From Dictyostelium discoideum (taxonomy: Eukaryota), in assembly GCA_000004695.1 (NCBI GenBank), contig CM000152.2, positions 5,184,001-5,248,000 on the forward strand: DNA of 64,000 nucleotides. Reading direction: 5' to 3'. Below, piece after piece: positions 29,481-42,570 of the stretch. Position numbers and translations under genes: made by a program. The notes beneath the pieces are model-generated. The model made no database searches. It worked only from the letters and a program-made list of their open reading frames with translations, and had not been told where the DNA came from. The first letter of the stretch is position 1. Every line of letters begins with the position of its first letter.

Positions 29481-30734
29481 ATGGTGGTAACCAAAAGAAA
29501 AGTTTCCGAATCTTTTGATGAGGATAGTAGTAGTAATGATACCAATTCCACAACACCAAATAAATTTAAAAAAAATGATGAAATTGACACAAATAATAAT
29601 AATACCACAACCACAACAACCACAACTACAACATCATCATCAACATCATCATCATCATCAACATCAACATCATCACCAAGAAAAGAAGAAATTTTAAAAA
29701 TTTTAACAAATGATAATGTAAAGAATTTAAATGTTGTTGAAATGAAAGAATGGTTTAAAGAGATTTCATTCCAATTATTAAATAATGTTGTATTGATGAT
29801 AAATGAACAAGCACATATGTTGGTTGAAATTGAATTTTATTTTAAAGGATGTAAACATATTGATCATTTCACCCATGGTGATAGTATGCAATTGGAGAGA
29901 GGTACATGGTATTTCCATAGAAGTGGATCAGGATACAAAGGTGGTAGTTTCAAAGGACTCGATATAACATTTGGATTAGGTGACAGTGATGATGAGTCTG
30001 AAAAGAAAACTTATGGTGGTATATTAATTAGATCAATTCAAATCTTATCTGATAAATCGATTATTGACGGTCCAAGTTTATGTGTTGACCATATATTAAA
30101 AACTACAAATTCAAAAGATATCTCACAATTTATCAGATCACATGGTAGATCAATTTTTGAGAATGAAAATTCATCATTATATCTCAAAATGAGGGACCAA
30201 GTTTTAACAAATAATAATAGTGGTGGTGGTAGTAGTGGTGGTAGCAGTGGTAATGATGATAGTGGTGAGAATTTGAAATCCTTGACATTACCACCAATAG
30301 TTTCCAAATCCATGATTTTATCATGTCCTAGAGTTGGTTTAACACTTAAACGTTATAAACCATCTCAAGAATTTTTCATTGGTGGCGATTATCGTTTCAT
30401 TAGATTACCTGATAAAGTGAAAAAGGGTAAACATTACATGACTGTCAAATTGGCATTACTCGGCCAAGATAGTAATACCATAAAGAATCAAGTTGGTTCC
30501 ACTACTGCCACCATAGAAAAAATTAAAGCTCAAATTAAAGCTGGTGAAAAATTATCAAAATCTGATTTATCCAGTTTTAGAGGTGACCTTTCCGCTGACG
30601 AAATGTGTAAATTACTTGGACTTTGTAATAAATTATATAATGAAAAAATTAATTCAAGTAATGGTGAAATCGATGTTGATATTAATACAAAAATTACAAA
30701 TGATGGTGATGATGATAATAATAGCGATAATTAA
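29481..30734 (+). CDS. Probable DNA-3-methyladenine glycosylase (MPG/AAG family) with a Ser/Thr-rich N-terminal region, 417 aa
   Basis: MLVEIEFYFKGCKHIDHFTHGD...LERGTWYFHRSGSGYKG...GLDITFG...YGGILIRSIQ parallels AAG motifs ETEAYLGxEDxAxH ... PGTLYVYxxYGMY ... MNIS ... VLLRALEP. Judged from memory, not from a search. Confidence 0.5.
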   Translation: MVVTKRKVSESFDEDSSSNDTNSTTPNKFKKNDEIDTNNNNTTTTTTTTTTSSSTSSSSSTSTSSPRKEEILKILTNDNVKNLNVVEMKEWFKEISFQLLNNVVLMINEQAHMLVEIEFYFKGCKHIDHFTHGDSMQLERGTWYFHRSGSGYKGGSFKGLDITFGLGDSDDESEKKTYGGILIRSIQILSDKSIIDGPSLCVDHILKTTNSKDISQFIRSHGRSIFENENSSLYLKMRDQVLTNNNSGGGSSGGSSGNDDSGENLKSLTLPPIVSKSMILSCPRVGLTLKRYKPSQEFFIGGDYRFIRLPDKVKKGKHYMTVKLALLGQDSNTIKNQVGSTTATIEKIKAQIKAGEKLSKSDLSSFRGDLSADEMCKLLGLCNKLYNEKINSSNGEIDVDINTKITNDGDDDNNSDN

Positions 30735-31089
30735 ATAAATAAATATTTAAATAAACAAAAAAAAAAATAAAAAAAATAAAAAAAAATAAAAAATAAAAAA
30801 ATAAAAAATAAAAATATATATATAAAATAAATAAAATTAAATATAAATAAATATATTTATATATTATACATAAACCATTACTTTTTTTTTTTATTATTAT
30901 TATTATATATTCTTTACAATTATTTATTTATTTTTTTTTTATTTTTTTTTTAAAAAACAACACACATTATTATTTTAAAATTGGTCATATTCATCATCTT
31001 GACGTACTTTCTTAAAAACTAAAAGAAGTGAACTATATTTTATATTAATGAAATAAATAATATTATTAATTAATTAATTATATATTGAC

Positions 31090-31134
<45 letters not shown>

Positions 31135-31135
31135 T

Positions 31136-31508
31136 TTACCTTAAAAATATTAAAGAAGTTTGTAAAGTGATTGCAATACCAGGCCATTGAGCAGCGTCAT
31201 TTGTATTATGAGGTGGTAAGAAAACAGCAACCATAATCCATAATGCAGCACCAATACAACCAAAACTAATTGCAAAACTAATAAATAACCATACACGAAC
31301 TTTAGTGGCACCACCATCAAATAAAAGTGAATTTGAATTTAATGCTGATAAATCTACAATATTTGCCATAACCATACCAAGAGTTGCAAAAATACCTGGT
31401 AAATAATAAATCCATTGAATATGTGGTCCATCAAAATCTGCATTTTTATTATTTGTATTTTCATAAACATGTCCATCTATCCATAAAAACCATCCTGCTG
31501 TAAACTAA

Positions 31509-31571
<63 letters not shown>

Positions 31572-31799
31572 GTTTTATTGTTGGTATTGTTTTTTTTTTA
31601 TTTTTTTTTTTTGGTGTTAGTAAAGATATTAATAATATTTTTAGATAAATAAATAAAAAATAAATAAAAAAGAAACACTGCATTGCTCTGTTTCCACTTA
31701 AAAATTTATTAAAAAAAAAAAAAAATTAAATTTATAAAAGTAAATATTTACTATTATACCTGCTAAAGCTGGTAAATATTTCATTATAGTTTTTCTCAT
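31136..31799 (-). CDS. Small multi-pass membrane protein, hypothetical (~133 aa). CDS = complement(join(31136..31497,31760..31799)).
   Basis: Exon 1 MRKTIMKYLPALA with G|GTATAA donor. Acceptor TTACAG| gives AGWFLWIDGHVYEN...IQWIYYLPGIFATLGMVMANIVD...RVWLFISFAISFGCIGAALWIMVAVFLPP. Three to four hydrophobic helices. The intron carries an (ATT)~21 tract. Confidence 0.5.
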
Positions 31800-31984
31800 C
31801 TTTATTTTTTATTTATTATTTTTTATTATGTATTTATATTTATATTTGGTTTGATTGAAGTTGTGTGGGCGTGTTTGTGTTTATTTAAATTAATAAAAAA
31901 AAAAAAAAAAATAAAAAAATAAATTTTTAAAAAAAAAAAAAAAAAAAAAATTTATTTTTCAAATATTTAATACTCTCTCAAAAA

Positions 31985-32007
31985 AATGAGCAAAAAAAAA
32001 AAATAAA

Positions 32008-32060
<53 letters not shown>

Positions 32061-32088
32061 ACAAATAAATAAATAAATAAATAAAAAA
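31985..32088. repeat. (AAAT)n microsatellite, ~25 units
   Basis: Seen directly. Confidence 0.9.
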
Positions 32089-32751
32089 TGGGACTTATAC
32101 TAATTAAGAAATACAAAAAAAAAAAATAAAAGAAGAAATTGGAAAATAAATATAAAAAATAAAAATAAAAAATAAAAAAATAAAAATAAATAAAAAAAAG
32201 AGAATGACTCCCAGTGTTGCAAAATCAGCATTTTTAACGTTAAAATTAATAATTAAAAAAAAAAAAAAAAGAATTTTTTTTTTTTCCATTTCTTTAATTT
32301 TTTTTTTATTTTTTTTATTTTTTTTATTTATTTAGAAATCAAAACAAACAAAAAAAAAAAAAAAAAAAGGTAAGATTTCTTCGTTTGACTTTAAAGAAAA
32401 AAAAAAAAAAAAAAAAAAAAATTTAAAAAATAAAAATAAAAATAAAAATTCAAAAATTTTTTAAAGTGGGCAACAACATCACAAAAAAAAATTTTTTTTT
32501 TTTTTTTTTTTTTTTAATTTTTCATTTTGTTTTTTATCACTTGTTCTTATCTTTCTTTTTTTTTTTTTTATTTTTTTTATTTTTTTTATAATTTTTTTAA
32601 TTAATATTAATATTAATATATTATTCAGCAAAAGAAGAATATTATAGCAATTTTTTTTTTTTTAAAAAAAAAAACAAAAAACAAAGAAAAAAAAAAAAAA
32701 AAAAAAAAAAAAAACAAAAAACAAAAAACAAAAAAATATATACAAATAAAG

Positions 32752-33021
32752 ATGAATTTCGATCAAAGTGAAGATAGAGATGGTGTTAGATTCTCTTGGA
32801 ATGTTTGGCCAACATCAAGAGTTGAAGCAACTAAAAATTTATTAGTTCCATTAGGTTGTCTTTATACTCCATTACATCAAAGTCCAGAAATTACACAAGT
32901 ACCATATCCACCACTTCGTTGTAAAGGTATTTGTAATGCAATTTTAAATCCATATTGGTATGTAATTCTATTAATTTACCATTATTAGTATTATGATAAT
33001 AGATGATAATAATAATTTAAG

Positions 33022-33112
<91 letters not shown>

Positions 33113-35266
33113 AATAAAAATAAAATAAAAAAAAAATAAAAAAAAATTGGAAAAATACTAAAATTAAAATTAAAATTAAAATTAAAATTAAAATTAAAAT
33201 TAAAATTAAAATTAAATAGTACTATAGCACCACCATATAAAACATGGGTTTGCCCATTTTGTTTACAACATAATCAATTTCCACCACATTATGCAGGTAT
33301 TTCAGATTTAAATAGACCAGCGGAATTATTACCACATGTAACTACAATTGAATATCAATTACCAACAGCAGAAACACCATTACCAATCTATTTATTTGTA
33401 GTTGATGTTTGTGTGCCAGATGATGAATTACAATCATTGACAGATTCATTGACAATGTCATTATCATTGATTCCAGAGAATTCCTATGTTGGTTTGATTA
33501 CATTTGGATCAATGGTACAATTGTATGAATTAGGATTCACAAGTTGTCCAAAGTCCTATGTATTCCGTGGTGATCCACCTACCAATACATTTAAGATCGC
33601 CAATTTGATGCAAAAGGTTGGTTCACCAGAGACAATGAATTTACAAAGCAAACGTTTCCTCGTACCAGTTAGTGAATGCGAATTCCATTTGACATCAATT
33701 CTCGAGGAGATTCAAAAGGACCCATGTAGAGTAGCTTCCGATAAACGTCCATTACGTGCCACCGGTATGGCATTCTCTGTGGCAAATGCTTTGCTCTCAA
33801 CCGTCGCTTCGAATATGGGTGGTAGAATTATGGCTTTCATTGGTGGTCCTGCTACAACTGGTCCTGGTTTGGTTGTTTCGGAAGATCTTCGTGAACCAAT
33901 TCGTTCACATCATGAAGTGATCAAAGGTAAGACTAAATACACTAGTAAAGCATATCAATTCTATAAATCAATCGGTGAGAGATCAGTTGCCAGTGGTCAT
34001 GCCATTGATATATTCTCTTGTTCATTGGATCAAGTGGGTCTCTATGAAATGAGAGAGATGGTCAAATTGACCGGTGGTTATATGGTGTTGGCCGATAGTT
34101 TCGATCATCCAATGTTCACTCAATCCTTCCAAAAGATTTTCACTCGTGAAGATAATGCATTCAAAATGGGTTACAATGCAGAGGTACAAGTTTGCACATC
34201 CATGTCATTGAAGGTTTGTGGTGCCATTGGTCATATGTCTTCCAGAAACAACAAGACCTCTTGCGTGGGGGAGAATGAAATTGGCATTGGTGGCACTAGC
34301 AGTTGGAAGGTTTGTGCTCTCGATCAAAATTCAACATTTGCCTTTTACTTTGAAATTGCCAACACTCAACAAAATGCTCCAGAACAATTGGGTTTGGTTC
34401 AATTCATAACCTCTTATCAAAATAGTTTAGGTAAACAAATCTTACGTGTTTCCACCATTAGAAGAGAGTGGGTACAACATACAATGGAACAACAACAAAA
34501 TATAACCATGTTGGCAAATGGTTTCGATCAGGAAACCTCTGCCGTCTTGATGGCACGTTTGGCAGTGTTCAAAGCTGAGACAGAAGAGTTGCCAGATATC
34601 ACTAGATGGTTGGATAAGATGTTGATTAAATTGGTCTCTAAATATGCCGACTATAGAAGAGATGATCCAACCTCTTTCAAATTGGTTTCAAACTTCTCCA
34701 TCTATCCTCACTTTATGTTCCATCTCAGAAGAAGTAGTTTCCTTCAAGTTTTCAATTCAAGTCCTGATGAATCAAGTTTCTATAGATTCATGTTAAATCG
34801 TGAAAACGTTTCCAACTCTTTGATTATGATTCAACCAACCCTAGAGAAATACTCGTTCAGTGGTCCACCTCATCCAGAGGTCTTGAGTGCAAGTTCAATC
34901 TCCATCGATAGTATCCTCTTGTTGGATACTTTCTTCCATGTTCTCATTTTCCATGGTGAAACTATAGCTCAATGGAGAAAAGCTGGCTACGATAAAGATC
35001 CACAACATCAAAACTTTAGAGACCTCTTACAAGCTCCAAGGGATGATGCTGCTCATATCCTTAAAGAACGTTTCCCTTATCCTCGTTATATAGTTTGTGA
35101 TCAACACTCTGGTGAAGCTCGTTTCCTTTTAGCAACTATCGATCCAAATATAACTCACACTAGTAATACACCTCAAGATCCTTCAAAAGGTGAAATCGTT
35201 TTCACTGATGATGTAAATTTACATGTCTTTTTGGAACATTTAAAAAAGTTTGCAGTTCAATCTTAA
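32752..35266 (+). CDS. sec23: COPII coat protein Sec23, ~750 aa. CDS = join(32752..32957,33220..35266).
   Basis: Start [41 protein letters not shown] (cf. [20 protein letters not shown]). The splice TG|GTATGT ... ATAG|T restores the zinc-finger Cys: ILNPYC|[24 protein letters not shown]. The rest is one continuous ORF through the trunk, helical and gelsolin-like regions. Confidence 0.92.
33026..33216. repeat. Compound microsatellite in the Sec23 intron: (GAT)~29, A-rich spacer, then (AAATTA)~10
   Basis: Seen directly. Confidence 0.95.
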
Positions 35267-35596
35267 ATAATAAAAATAATAATAATAATAATAATAGTAG
35301 TAATAATAATAAAAAGAACAATTTCTATAAAAAATATATTTTTAATAAGAGAAAAACTGCTAAAATAAAATTATCATCAACTACAACAACTACAACAACA
35401 ACAACTACTACAACATCAACTCCATTTAAAAAATTCTTTTTTAAAAATAAAAAGGATTCTAATAAATGATTTAAAAAAAAAAAACTAAAAAAACACAAAA
35501 AAAACATATAATTTGGTCTTTCTTTTCTTTTCTTTTTTTTTTTTTTTTATATTACAACTTATATCTTTTTGATTTTATTATTTTCAATATTATTTA

Positions 35597-36032
35597 TTAA
35601 CAAATTCCAGATTCATCTTTTGGATCTGGTGGTGGTTTCATTTGAATTTGATATTTAGGAATATTATATTTCTTTTTTTCATATGGTATACTGCAATAAA
35701 AAAAAAAAAAAAAAAAAGAATTAGAAATGAATTCTTAATGCCTTTTTTTTTTTTAAAAAATGTTTTACATACTTATAATGAAGTGCAGTTAACATTCTTG
35801 ATCTAGCTTCTTCAATTTTATCATTTATAATTTCGGTGTCTGTTAAATCTTTATTCTTTTGAAATGTGGATCTTGTTTCATATCTAATGTCTTCTCTTTG
35901 TGAATCTGATTCCCATTTATTTGCTAATCTTAATATACTTCTATACATATATAAGGCTTTGTTTCTTTGTGATAACTGAGAAAAATATGTATGATCTATT
36001 GCATTGTATGCTGTGAGGACTTTTTTTGACAT
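35597..36032 (-). CDS. Complex1_LYR family protein (LYR motif; possibly NDUFB9/LYRM-like), ~117 aa. CDS = complement(join(35597..35690,35773..36032)).
   Basis: KALYMYRSILRLANKW is an LYR motif. Donor AA|GTATGT, acceptor TTGCAG|. The second exon NIPYEKKKYNIPKYQIQMKPPPDPKDESGIC* resembles the HPxPYxxP C-terminus of NDUFB9. Confidence 0.6.
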
Positions 36033-37447
36033 TATTGTTTTGTTGAATTCTCGTTGTTTAAATTAAAAAAAAAAATTAAAAAATAAAACAAAAAAAAAAA
36101 AAATAAAAAAAAAAAAAAATAAAAAAAAAATAAAATTAAATTAATTAAAATTAAATTAATTAAAAAAAATAAAAAAGGAAAAAGAAAAAAAAAAGTAATA
36201 AAAAATAAAGGAATAAGGAAAAAAATAAGAAAAAACAAAAAAAAAAAAAGGAAAATTTATTTTACCAAAGTTAATTACTTAGAATTTTTTTTTTTTTTTT
36301 TTTTTTTTTGTTTGAAAAATAAAAATTTGATTAGGAATTACTGATTTCATTTCTTAATGATTATTTTTTAAAAAAAATTAAAAAATAAGGGTAAAATGGT
36401 TTAAAATAGGGAATAGAGAGAGAGTTTGGAAAAAAAATTAAATAATTAAAATCAAAAATTCTAATCATTTTTTATTTCTAGATTATTTTTAACACTATAA
36501 TTCATATAGTTAAATAAAATTAGTTAAAAATTCTGGCTAAATTATTGATCATGTTATATCAGAATCTTGAAATAGAAAAATTATTATAATAAAAGTTTTT
36601 ACTTTTTATACTTGAGTTTTAAAATTATGTTTTCAACTTTCAATAACCGTGATTTTCAAAATAATAATTACTCTGGTTATGAAAATTAAAAAAAATTTGA
36701 AAATCACATAAACATTGATCCTATAATTTTTTATTTTTTTCTTGAGTTATTCTCATCACCATACGTTTTGTTCAGTTCCCAGCTACCAATAATTTTTTTT
36801 TTTTTTTTTTGGCAATTTAAGAAAAAAAAAAAAAAAAAAATTTCTAAAGCTAAAAGATATTTTCATTACCAAAAAAAAAAAACAAGGTCGCCTGTAAATA
36901 AAGAAAAAAAAAAATTTTTTTTTTTTTTGATGGTGAGTTATTTTTGGAAGAATTGACCTAAAAAAAAAAAAATAAAAAATAAAAAAAACTTGTGTTGGGA
37001 TTTTTTTTGTGCAGAGTTTTACGAAATCTTAATTTCTCAGGGGAAATTAATATTTTTTCCTAGGTCTTGAAAAAAAAACAAAATAGTTTTTTTTTTTTTA
37101 AAATTCGCTTCAAAATATATTACCAAATCTAAATATATTATCAAGAAAATAAAAAAAAAAAAAAAAAAAAAAAATAAAATAAAATTTTCTTCAATTTCTA
37201 AAATAAAAACTCCCAATTCCTCAAGATGATTTTTGGTAAAAAATAACTTTAAGAGAAATCATTTTTATTTTATTTTATTTTATTATTATTATTTTTTTTT
37301 TTTTTTTTCTTGGTCAATTAAAAAAAAAAAAAGTATAAATTAAGTTGGAAAAAAATTTCTTTTCTAAAAAACAATAAATAATATATTCCAAAAAACAAAA
37401 ACAAATATTAAAAACAAATATTAAAAAAAAAAAATCAATAAAATAAA

Positions 37448-37843
37448 ATGAAATTCTTATCAACTTTAATCCTTTTATTATCAGTCTTAGCTTTAGTTAG
37501 AGGTGAACAATACAACAAATTCACAGTTGATTTAAACGGTGTTTGTACTAATAGCGGTTCTCTTGATACTTGTACCAACCAATGTGGAAATGCCGGTGGT
37601 TCATTCCAAATCTCTCAAAGTGGTGGCGAATATCAATATGAACAATACGCTACTAAGGATTGTGATCTTATGGCTTCATTAACAAGCAAATTCGCCTGTC
37701 TTGCTGACGAGGCACCAGTCACTTTAGGTTTAGGTAATATTAAAATTACTTGTCAAGACCCATCAAATTCAGCATCTTCTCCATTAACCACTGCTGTCTT
37801 ATTTGTTGTTGCTTTTGCTGCCGCCATTGCTTTATTATTATAA
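37448..37843 (+). CDS. Ponticulin-like small Cys-containing protein with signal peptide and a C-terminal GPI-anchor-like hydrophobic tail, 131 aa
   Basis: MKFLSTLILLLSVLALVRG signal peptide, 8 Cys, C-terminal SSPLTTAVLFVVAFAAAIALLL. Architecture and size match the dictyostelid ponticulin family. Confidence 0.5.
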   Translation: MKFLSTLILLLSVLALVRGEQYNKFTVDLNGVCTNSGSLDTCTNQCGNAGGSFQISQSGGEYQYEQYATKDCDLMASLTSKFACLADEAPVTLGLGNIKITCQDPSNSASSPLTTAVLFVVAFAAAIALLL

Positions 37844-38746
37844 ATTTTAAATTTAAATTAATATTTAAAAAATAATAAATAAAATATATAAACTATTAAG
37901 AGAAATATAAAAATTAAATATATATATATATTTAAATATGGGGTGGGCTTCCATTGTATTTTTAGAAGAACATCAACTTTATTTATATTGATTTATATAA
38001 AAATTATGTTTTTTTTTTTTTTTTTTTAATTTAACAAATTACCACAATTTCGAAACAATTTATTAAATTTTAATCTTTTATTATAGTAATTGGCAAAAAA
38101 AAAGAGTACAGATGATGATGATTTAGAACATTTGAACAAGTGGAAACAGATTTCACTTGTTTGGTCTGTGGAAAAACATTGAACTCACATACCATTAGTG
38201 AATTGGTTGGGCAACTTAAAAGATAAATAAAATATTAGATGAATTAGAAAATTGCATATGGGCGACCAATATTAGAGGCCAATATTAAAAAATTAATATA
38301 ATAATAATAAAAGAAAAGTTAATTAATATAAAATATACCATATAAAAATTCACGCGTTTAACAAAATGCCACAATTTGAATTTGTTGTGCATAATTTTTT
38401 TTTTTTTTATGTTTATTACATTAAATCAAATTTAAAATTATAAGATTATTTAATTCTTTTTTTTTAAATTATCCACTATAGTAAATCCTTGTTACTATCA
38501 AGAATATGATATTATTTAAAATATGAATATTATCTTTGTTGATAGCTTGAGTGATAGCATAAGTTGTTATTTTAAATTGATTGGATAATATTGGATAAAA
38601 TAAAATAAAATTGGAAATTTCATTCCTAAATCAAATTTTTTCTATTAATCTTTTTTTTTAAATCTATCTATTAATTTTGTTTTTTTTTATTTTTTTATTT
38701 TTTTATTCAAATTATTACCACACTCCTTTAAAAGTCCACCCCTCCG

Positions 38747-38784
<38 letters not shown>

Positions 38785-38836
38785 AAAAAATTAAAATTTT
38801 TAAAAAAAAAAAAATTCATAATTAAAAAACGACTAA

Positions 38837-40029
38837 ATGAATAGAAATAATAGTAATGGAGTTGGGAGCAGTACTGGTGCAGGTTCAAGTCAATCAGGAA
38901 TAGATAATAACAACAACAATAATAATAATAGTAATAATAATAATAATAGACAACAAGATGAATCACCAAATAGTAAAAAAGTAGTTAAAAAACAACAACA
39001 AACAATTGGTGAAAGAAGAGAGTTAAGAAAGAAATATAGAACATTAATTCAAGATGTTTCAGGTAACAAATCAGAATTGATATTACCATCATCGGATGGA
39101 TTATTAAGAAGTTTAAAGAAAGCTGATAATCTTTATAACAATGTTCTTCAAGCAAGAGAAGCAGTATTGGATTCAGAGTTATTAGCATTGGCGAGTCAAT
39201 TTGGTGTTGAACAAGCTCAAAAGTTTAAAGTATCCTTAAACGGATTCGATAGTTTTGGTTTAGTAAATCGTTACAAAGAGAGATTAACTTTTTATACTGA
39301 TGAAAATAATAACAATAATTCTACAATCAATAAAACTGGTTGGGAAAAGTTATCACAATTATATCATACTCATTTTCATACCGTACCAGATTTCGATTTC
39401 ATGTATGGTCCAATCAATTTCGAACCCGAAGAGAAAAAAGTTAGAGCACCACGTAAACTAACTCAAAAAGATCAACCTGTTGGTGCTGCAAAACATGCTG
39501 AAAAAGTAAATATTATATATATATATACATATAATATATAACATATACATATAAAAATATTAATATTTATATATATATATTTATATATAAATAGATTACA
39601 GATACATCAAATCAAGTTGAATCAGAGACAACAAGTAGTAGAGTTCAAGTAATGAAACAATATATTGAGAAAAATCCAGGTAAAAGTTTTATAGATTTAG
39701 TTGTTGATGAAACATCATTTGCACAAACTGTAGAAAATATATTTTATTTCTCTTTTCTATTAAAGGATGGTCATGTAAAAATTGCAAAAGATAATGAGGA
39801 AATGATTATTCAAACAACTTTACCACCTGAAGAAAAAGATTATCAATCAAAGAATGCACAATTAACTCATTCCGTTGTAAAATTAGATTTTAATACTTGG
39901 AATGATTTAAAAGATATATCAGATTTATCTTTTCATATGGAAGAAGAATTACAACAATTTAAAAATAGAAGAGGTGGTGGTGGTGGTGGTGGTTCATCAA
40001 CTCAAACTCATACTTCTACTAGAAAGTAG
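38837..40029 (+). CDS. Non-SMC element 4 (Nse4/NSMCE4 kleisin of the SMC5/6 complex), ~367 aa. CDS = join(38837..39505,39595..40029).
   Basis: N-terminal poly-N, then RRELRKKYRTLIQDV... The Nse4 C-terminal domain motif SFAQTVENIFYFSFLLKDGHVKI is in exon 2. Donor AAA|GTAAAT, acceptor AATAG|ATT. Confidence 0.7.
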
Positions 40030-40802
40030 AGAAGAAAAAAGAAAAAAAAATTTTGTACAAAATTAAATCAAAATTTTTATTTTTTTTTTATTTTTTTTTT
40101 TAGTATGAAATAAACAATTTATGAAAATAATTGTATAATAATTGTTGTAGTAAATTGGTAGCAATAGCATATTATTATTATTATTATTATTAGTAATAAT
40201 AATAGTGATAATATTATTATTATTATAATAATGGAAATCCAATGTTGTTATTTTTTACAAGTTATTTTTTATACATATTAATATTTAAATACGGTAATAT
40301 TAAATTATTTTTCATTAAAATTTGTTTCTATTAATAATAAATCACAGAGATTATTTTAGTTAATTATTATTGATAAAAAATATGTACCACACTCACTTTT
40401 CTCTGACCCCCACATATTTTAACACCACCACACACCCACACTTTAAAGCATATTTTATAACATTTTTTTATTTTTTTTATTTTTTATTTATTTTTTTTTT
40501 TTAATTTATTTTATTATTATTATTATTATATGTGAACTTTAATTCTATTTTAAATTTTTTTTTTTATTAATTATTTTTTTTTTTTTTTTTATAATTTGTT
40601 TTTTTTTAACGTGTAATAATCTTTTTTTTTTTTTTTTATTATATCATAATCCTTAATCAATCAAATAAAAAAAAGTGAATAGAAAAAAAAAAAAACCACA
40701 CAATATATAAAAATAAATTAAAATAAAATAAAATAAAACAAACAGTTATATTAATTTTTTTATCTATTTATTTAATATTAATTAGTTATCTTATATTAAA
40801 AA

Positions 40803-40844
<42 letters not shown>

Positions 40845-40851
40845 AAAAAAA

Positions 40852-41898
40852 ATGGCAACAACAAAATCATTAAATTTAATTGGTAAAGAATCATTATTAA
40901 CACATAAAGAAGAAGTTGAAAGACAACAAGGTGAAATTGAAATTAATGAAGATGATGAACATTTGGGTATATTACATTTAAAAAAGGAAGAATTAATTGA
41001 TACAATTAGAGATATTAGAGATGAATTTTTCGATTTACAAGATACACATGATCAATTAAAAGAAAAGTATAAAGAAAAAGTTAAAGAAGTTGAAAATAAT
41101 AGAAAACTATTAACAGAGAGAGAAGACCTACTATTACAATTACAATGGGATCCAACTGAAGATTCATCATTTATTCAACAAATGGGTGCATCAGATACAA
41201 ATCATGCAAATGAATTGAAAATGAAAGCTATGATGGACCAAATGAGGGTAATGGAGAGAGGTGTCTACGAAAGGGATGAAAAAATTAAACAAATGGAGAA
41301 ACTAATTGAACAATTCACTCTAAATCAAATTAATAGTGGTCGTGAACCAACTCAAATCACTTATTCTCAATTTACTACCATTCCACCAACTCCAACACCA
41401 ACACAATTACAACACCAAAAACAACAACAACAACAGCAAGAGGCAGATCAAAAAGATCAAAAAGAACTACCAATATTAAATGGAGCTTCAGTTTCATCTT
41501 CAAATTCGTCACCTTTAAATAGAGGTCCTTCATTTTCTACAAGTGTTGAAGATTCTCCATCCCAATTTGATAATATTTCAAATTATCCATTATCAAAGAA
41601 AATCATTGATAATATTGAACAGGCTGTAAATGTAATTGTACCATCATCACCAAGTAATCCTTTAAATAGGTCAAATTCTACTGGATTTTGGAGATCACCT
41701 TCAAATTTCTTTTCAAATTTATTAGGTAGAACTAATGATGTTAATGATGAAAATAATAATAATAATAACAATAATAATGAAAATCAAGATAATGTTGATA
41801 ACGATGAAAATGATGACGATGATTTTGCATCATTAGATACCAAACCTTTCTCTGTTCCTGTAGAATTACCTCCAAATTTATCTGCTGCCAGACCATAA
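40852..41898 (+). CDS. Coiled-coil protein, hypothetical, 348 aa
   Basis: Single ORF with heptad-rich N-terminal half (EELIDTIRDIRDEFFDLQDTHDQLKEKYKEKVKEVENNRKLL) and a Ser/Asn-rich acidic C-terminus. Confidence 0.6.
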   Translation: MATTKSLNLIGKESLLTHKEEVERQQGEIEINEDDEHLGILHLKKEELIDTIRDIRDEFFDLQDTHDQLKEKYKEKVKEVENNRKLLTEREDLLLQLQWDPTEDSSFIQQMGASDTNHANELKMKAMMDQMRVMERGVYERDEKIKQMEKLIEQFTLNQINSGREPTQITYSQFTTIPPTPTPTQLQHQKQQQQQQEADQKDQKELPILNGASVSSSNSSPLNRGPSFSTSVEDSPSQFDNISNYPLSKKIIDNIEQAVNVIVPSSPSNPLNRSNSTGFWRSPSNFFSNLLGRTNDVNDENNNNNNNNNENQDNVDNDENDDDDFASLDTKPFSVPVELPPNLSAARP

Positions 41899-42168
41899 AT
41901 TATTAACTTTTTTAAACTGTTTTTTTAAAATAAAAATAAATTATTTTTTTAAATAAAATATTTATCTCCAAACAATAAAATTAATAATAAAAATAATAAT
42001 AATAAAAGAATATTGTTGTTTATTTTTTTTTGTAAAAGAAAATTTGTTTTATTTATTTATATGTATGTTTTTTTTTTTTTTTTTTTTAATTTAAAAAAAA
42101 AAAAAAAAAGAATTTAGATTTTATTTATTGTTGATTTTGTTTATATATATATAAATTAATTTAATTTG

Positions 42169-42351
42169 TTAAGAAAAATTTGTTAAAGAACCAAATAATG
42201 ATGGTGGTTGTACATTTGTTACTGTTACAGCATTATTATTTAAAGATCTACTAAAATTTTTAATAGTTTTATCATTTAAACCAAGTTCAGCATTTAAAGA
42301 AATAATAGTTGCTTTCTTTTTATTTGATAAACCAGGAAACATATTTCCCAT
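42169..42351 (-). CDS. Small ORF, 60 aa (MGNMFPGLSNKKKATIISLNAELGLNDKTIKNF...); hypothetical
   Basis: Isolated ORF with dictyostelid-like codon usage between AT-rich spacers. No homology recognised. Confidence 0.3.
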   Translation of the reverse strand: MGNMFPGLSNKKKATIISLNAELGLNDKTIKNFSRSLNNNAVTVTNVQPPSLFGSLTNFS

Positions 42352-42530
42352 TTTTTAAATATTTTTGATTAACTTTTTTTTTTTTTTTTTTTAAATGTTT
42401 GTAAATAGATATTGTTATTTTTTATTTTTTTTATTTTTTATTTTTTTATTTTTATTTTTATTTTTTTTATATATTTTTTTTTAATAATAGTTATAAATAA
42501 ATAAATAAATATAATTGGATTAATAAATAA

Positions 42531-42570
<40 letters not shown>

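Noticed and set aside
31136-31140. Possible extra 3' exon for the small membrane protein, downstream of a GTAAAT right after its stop codon
   Set aside because: Every candidate acceptor downstream gives an immediate stop, so the protein is taken to end at IFLR*.
38100-38300. Possible C/D-box snoRNA (gatgatga ... ) in the ponticulin-NSE4 spacer
   Set aside because: A C-box-like TGATGA is present, but no convincing D box (CTGA) and terminal stem could be identified by eye. Too weak to call.
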